Below, piece by piece: positions 33,124 to 36,207 of a stretch of 36,207 nt of DNA. The DNA is from a virus (lineage: Duplodnaviria; Heunggongvirae; Uroviricota; Caudoviricetes): positions 1-36,207 of the IMG/VR virus record IMGVR_UViG_2541047897_000007; one strand, 5' to 3'. The notes beneath the pieces are model-generated. The model worked only from the letters and a program-made list of their open reading frames with translations. It did not search any database and had not been told where the DNA came from. How positions within the stretch are numbered: the first letter of the stretch is position 1; each line of letters starts with the position of its first letter. The position numbers and the translations under genes were made by a program.

Positions 33124-34307
33124 CAGGCACCTCCCAGCACCGCAAATGCGGGACCAAAGAATTCATCAGTAAACGTCTGGTAAAGCTCCATGTCTTCCAG
33201 TGGCGGAACGGGCGTATATTTGTAGCGAATACGCACACGTCCCTGACGTAAATTCGTGGTGCCGTTATCCACCACGTCATACCAGCACTCCGCACCAATC
33301 AGTTTCCCGGCAGTAACCAGCGAATCCAGTTTTGCCCTGATGGCACTGATAACATCCTTCACGTTCGCAGGCGTCAGTGGACTGTCGATGGTTTCAAACT
33401 GCGCTTCCGCAATTGAATCAGCCAGCACCTGTGCGGTTCGGGTATACACCTCAAAGATGTAGGCGTTCGTTTCCGGTGTGCGGTTGCCCCAGAAGCGGAA
33501 CCCGTTGCGACGAATAATGGTCGTGATTTCTTTGTTGTTGAGGCTGTTGGCATCGCTGTCTTCGGCCTGCAACGACCAGAACACATGCCTCGACATCCCC
33601 AGCACATTTTTAACCGGAACGTTGGACAGTGATTTGTGCCATCCCTGCTCATGGTCAATGTACGCACGAAGGCCGCACGCATAGGCAGGCGCGGGGAACG
33701 TTTCGTTTTTGCCACTTTTCGGGTTGTAGGCGATGAAGTCCGGCCATAAGAGCATCACCTCACGTTCGTTGAATTTCTGGCGGTAGGTAATCGCCTCAGC
33801 CATCGTGTTACAGCCGTGACATGAGGCATACACAAACGCGCGCAGTTTACCCGCAATCACGCACAGGGATTTTGTTACCGCCTCCGTGTCCAGCTCCGGC
33901 GCGGCCAGAATACGCGGACGGTATCCGATGCTTTCATCCTGCTCTGCAACAAGCAGCGCATACATCCCCGTATAGCTGCCGTCAGATTCAGAACCACCGA
34001 TAACCAGTTGATCCTGCGTCTTTCCGTCTTCTTCTTTGTGTTCAGCCACGCGAACGACGATCACCTTTGTGCTCACCTGGTCTGCGATGGCCTTAAGCGC
34101 ACGATAAAGCGTCCCCGTTGTCCCGCATTTTCCCAGCACGTCATTGACGCGGGTCAGCAGTGTGGGCTTGTTCAGCGGGAACAGCTTCGCGTCCGCATCA
34201 TCCGCCGTTGCCACGATACCGATAACGCTGGAATCAACATCGTTAATCGCTGTTACCAGGTCGGTACTTTCCGTAACACGGGCACCATGAAAACGAGTTT
34301 CACTCAT
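33123..34307 (-). CDS. FI: contractile tail sheath protein (P2 gpFI-like)
   Basis: 394-aa ORF, first gene of the tail operon; size as P2 FI. Confidence 0.85.
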   Translation of the reverse strand: MSETRFHGARVTESTDLVTAINDVDSSVIGIVATADDADAKLFPLNKPTLLTRVNDVLGKCGTTGTLYRALKAIADQVSTKVIVVRVAEHKEEDGKTQDQLVIGGSESDGSYTGMYALLVAEQDESIGYRPRILAAPELDTEAVTKSLCVIAGKLRAFVYASCHGCNTMAEAITYRQKFNEREVMLLWPDFIAYNPKSGKNETFPAPAYACGLRAYIDHEQGWHKSLSNVPVKNVLGMSRHVFWSLQAEDSDANSLNNKEITTIIRRNGFRFWGNRTPETNAYIFEVYTRTAQVLADSIAEAQFETIDSPLTPANVKDVISAIRAKLDSLVTAGKLIGAECWYDVVDNGTTNLRQGRVRIRYKYTPVPPLEDMELYQTFTDEFFGPAFAVLGGA

Positions 34308-34464
34308 AGCTTCAGCCCCTTGTATCCGTTAAATGATTCGGCAACAATCATCACCCACCACGCGCGTAATCTCACCCCTGCGCCGTTCTCCCGCCACGGC
34401 GACAACAAAAAGCAGTAACCCCCTCCGCACGCACATGCGACCATGCCGCACAGGGAGGGAGCAG

Positions 34465-35574
34465 ATGACCGACACCACCATGCAATTGCTCAGTCAGGGC
34501 ACAGACCCCGTAAAAATGCCGGATTTTGATATTCTCGCGGAGGGTAAAACGCTGTCAGGCGTGGCAGAGCGCCTGATGAGCCTGTCACTGACCGACAACC
34601 GGGGATTTGACGCGGACCAGCTCACCATCACGCTGGATGATGCGGATGGTCAGTTGCAGCTACCGCCACGGGGCGCGCGCCTGACGGTTCTCATTGGCTG
34701 GAAAGGAGAACCGCTGACAGAAAAAGGCACTTACATTGTTGATGAAATCGCTCACGAAGGACCGCCGGACAGGCTGACTGTTTCAGCCAGAAGCGCAGAT
34801 TTTCGGGATGAATTTAACGTTAAACGTGAGGTGTCCTGGCATGATGTGACCGTTGAGCGTGTGGTATCCGCCATCGCTCATCGGTATGGTCTGAAACCGC
34901 AAATCAGCGAAATGCTGATGGATATCGAAATCGACCACGCCGACCAGACCGAAGAAAGCGACATGTCCTTTCTTACGCGCATGGCGGAAATGCTGGGCGC
35001 AATCACCACGGTAAAAAGCGGTAATCTGTTATTCATTATGCCCGGTGGTGGCGTGAACGCACAGGGCCAGCCGTTGCCATCGTTCGCCATCACACGCAGC
35101 AGCGGCGATCGCCATCAGTTCCGCATTGCTGACCGCGAGGCGTATACGGGGGTACGCGCTTACTGGCTTGATCTTAATTACGGGAAAAAGAAAAAAGTCA
35201 GCGTGAAACGCCGTAAACCGCCAAAACCGAAAAAAGAGAAAAGCAGCAGCCGTGAAGGTGATTATATGGAAGGCGCGGAAGGCAATGTGTTTGTGTTACG
35301 CAAGACTTATCAGAACGAGCAGGCAGCAAGACGCGCAGCGGCGGCAAAGTGGCAACAACTACAACGCGGAGCCGCATCATTCTCCATCACGCTGGCACGT
35401 GGACGAGCAGAACTCTACCCCGAAATGCATGGCACGGTAACAGGCTTTAAAAGCGAGATTGATAATCAGGACTGGATTATTGCGAAAGCCGAGCACACCA
35501 TTGATAACAGCGGCTTTACCACGCAGCTTGAGCTTGAGGCAAAAATCCCGGAATGGATAGCGGAAACAGAGTGA
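34465..35574 (+). CDS. D: tail protein D (late control gene D family)
   Basis: 369-aa product from the ATG at 34465 (GGGAGGGAG RBS); lies immediately upstream of ogr as in P2; a KKKK/basic patch follows in the C-terminal half. Confidence 0.75.
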   Translation: MTDTTMQLLSQGTDPVKMPDFDILAEGKTLSGVAERLMSLSLTDNRGFDADQLTITLDDADGQLQLPPRGARLTVLIGWKGEPLTEKGTYIVDEIAHEGPPDRLTVSARSADFRDEFNVKREVSWHDVTVERVVSAIAHRYGLKPQISEMLMDIEIDHADQTEESDMSFLTRMAEMLGAITTVKSGNLLFIMPGGGVNAQGQPLPSFAITRSSGDRHQFRIADREAYTGVRAYWLDLNYGKKKKVSVKRRKPPKPKKEKSSSREGDYMEGAEGNVFVLRKTYQNEQAARRAAAAKWQQLQRGAASFSITLARGRAELYPEMHGTVTGFKSEIDNQDWIIAKAEHTIDNSGFTTQLELEAKIPEWIAETE

Positions 35575-35616
35575 GCAACTTAGAATAGCGGCAGCACCAC
35601 GTTAAAGGAGGTCGCT

Positions 35617-35877
35617 ATGTTCCGTTGTCCGCTTTGTGGCGCATCTGCCCGTATCCGCACCAGTCGTCCGGAAAATGATTCAAACACCGTGCGGCAAAAG
35701 TATTACCAGTGTAACAACCTGGAATGCGGCGTATGCTTCTCAACACTGGAAGCTTTCCATAAATTCACATCGAAACACGCCTCCGGCGTTCACTCATCAG
35801 AAGGTATCCCGTGGCATGAGCTGCCAGCTTCACACAGGGGAAACAATCAGATGAGTTTGCCTTTACCTCAGAATTAA
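35617..35877 (+). CDS. ogr: Ogr/Delta-family zinc-finger late transcription activator
   Basis: 86-aa ORF; MFRCPLCGASARIRTSR...YYQCNNLECGVCFSTLEAF has the C-x2-C...C-x4-C zinc-finger pattern and matches P2 Ogr as recalled. Confidence 0.85.
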   Translation: MFRCPLCGASARIRTSRPENDSNTVRQKYYQCNNLECGVCFSTLEAFHKFTSKHASGVHSSEGIPWHELPASHRGNNQMSLPLPQN

Positions 35878-36066
35878 CAGGCAGAATTGCCGGAGTAACA
35901 AAAAAGCGATAGATTACGTGCGGGTGCCTTTCGGCTGATGGTCGGAGGGAATACCCGAAGGCCGGATGTGGAAAGGCCCCGGAAAACATTTCTGTTTAAC
36001 CGAGGCCCTAACCCGTCAACCTAGCAAGTGATAGGTTAGCGCCTCTCCAACAAAGGAGCAAGCGCT

Positions 36067-36207
36067 ATGTCGCAAAAATCGCTTACGGCCATCACGTTCT
36101 GCGTGACGGTAATCCTCATCATCTGGATGCTGCACGGTTCGCTGTGTGAAATACGGATGAGCTTCTGGGGAGCGGAGTTTGCGGCGTTCTTACAGTGTAA
36201 GCAGTAA
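36067..36207 (+). CDS. hok: Hok/Gef-family type I toxin (small membrane peptide)
   Basis: 46-aa ORF read by hand; TM helix LTAITFCVTVILIIWML followed by GSLCEIR...EFAAF, matching the Hok signature SLCEIR...EVAAF as recalled; hairpin-rich leader upstream. Confidence 0.6.
   Translation: MSQKSLTAITFCVTVILIIWMLHGSLCEIRMSFWGAEFAAFLQCKQ

Overview
The window is a nearly complete P2-like (Peduovirus-type) prophage of an enterobacterial host, running from the integrase (1..1002, minus strand) to the late activator ogr (35617..35877), with a hok-like toxin gene just beyond. All calls rest on reading the six-frame translations, motifs recalled from memory and P2 gene order; no database search was run. 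Layout: int, a repressor operon with two cargo genes, a divergent early operon of small ORFan genes, replication gene A, a roughly 3 kb accessory island at the P2 tin/old position, Q-P packaging genes, the O-N-M-L capsid operon, lysis genes, baseplate and tail fibre genes V-W-J-I-H-G, a Gin/Hin-type invertible tail-fibre segment, the tail genes FI-FII-E-T-U on the opposite strand from P2 convention, then D and ogr. No rRNA, tRNA or CRISPR array was seen. The best candidates for an undescribed system are (a) the accessory island after gene A, which carries a ParM/ParR-like actin partition pair, a stand-alone ClpX-type zinc-finger protein and four unknown small proteins, and (b) the two-gene module co-transcribed with the repressor, whose membrane protein shares an 11-residue motif with the repressor C-terminus. 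Other points worth checking are a frame break at a G6 run, a structured 300 bp non-coding region, near-perfect tandem repeats in the tail fibre and tape measure genes, and the apparent inversion of the tail gene block.
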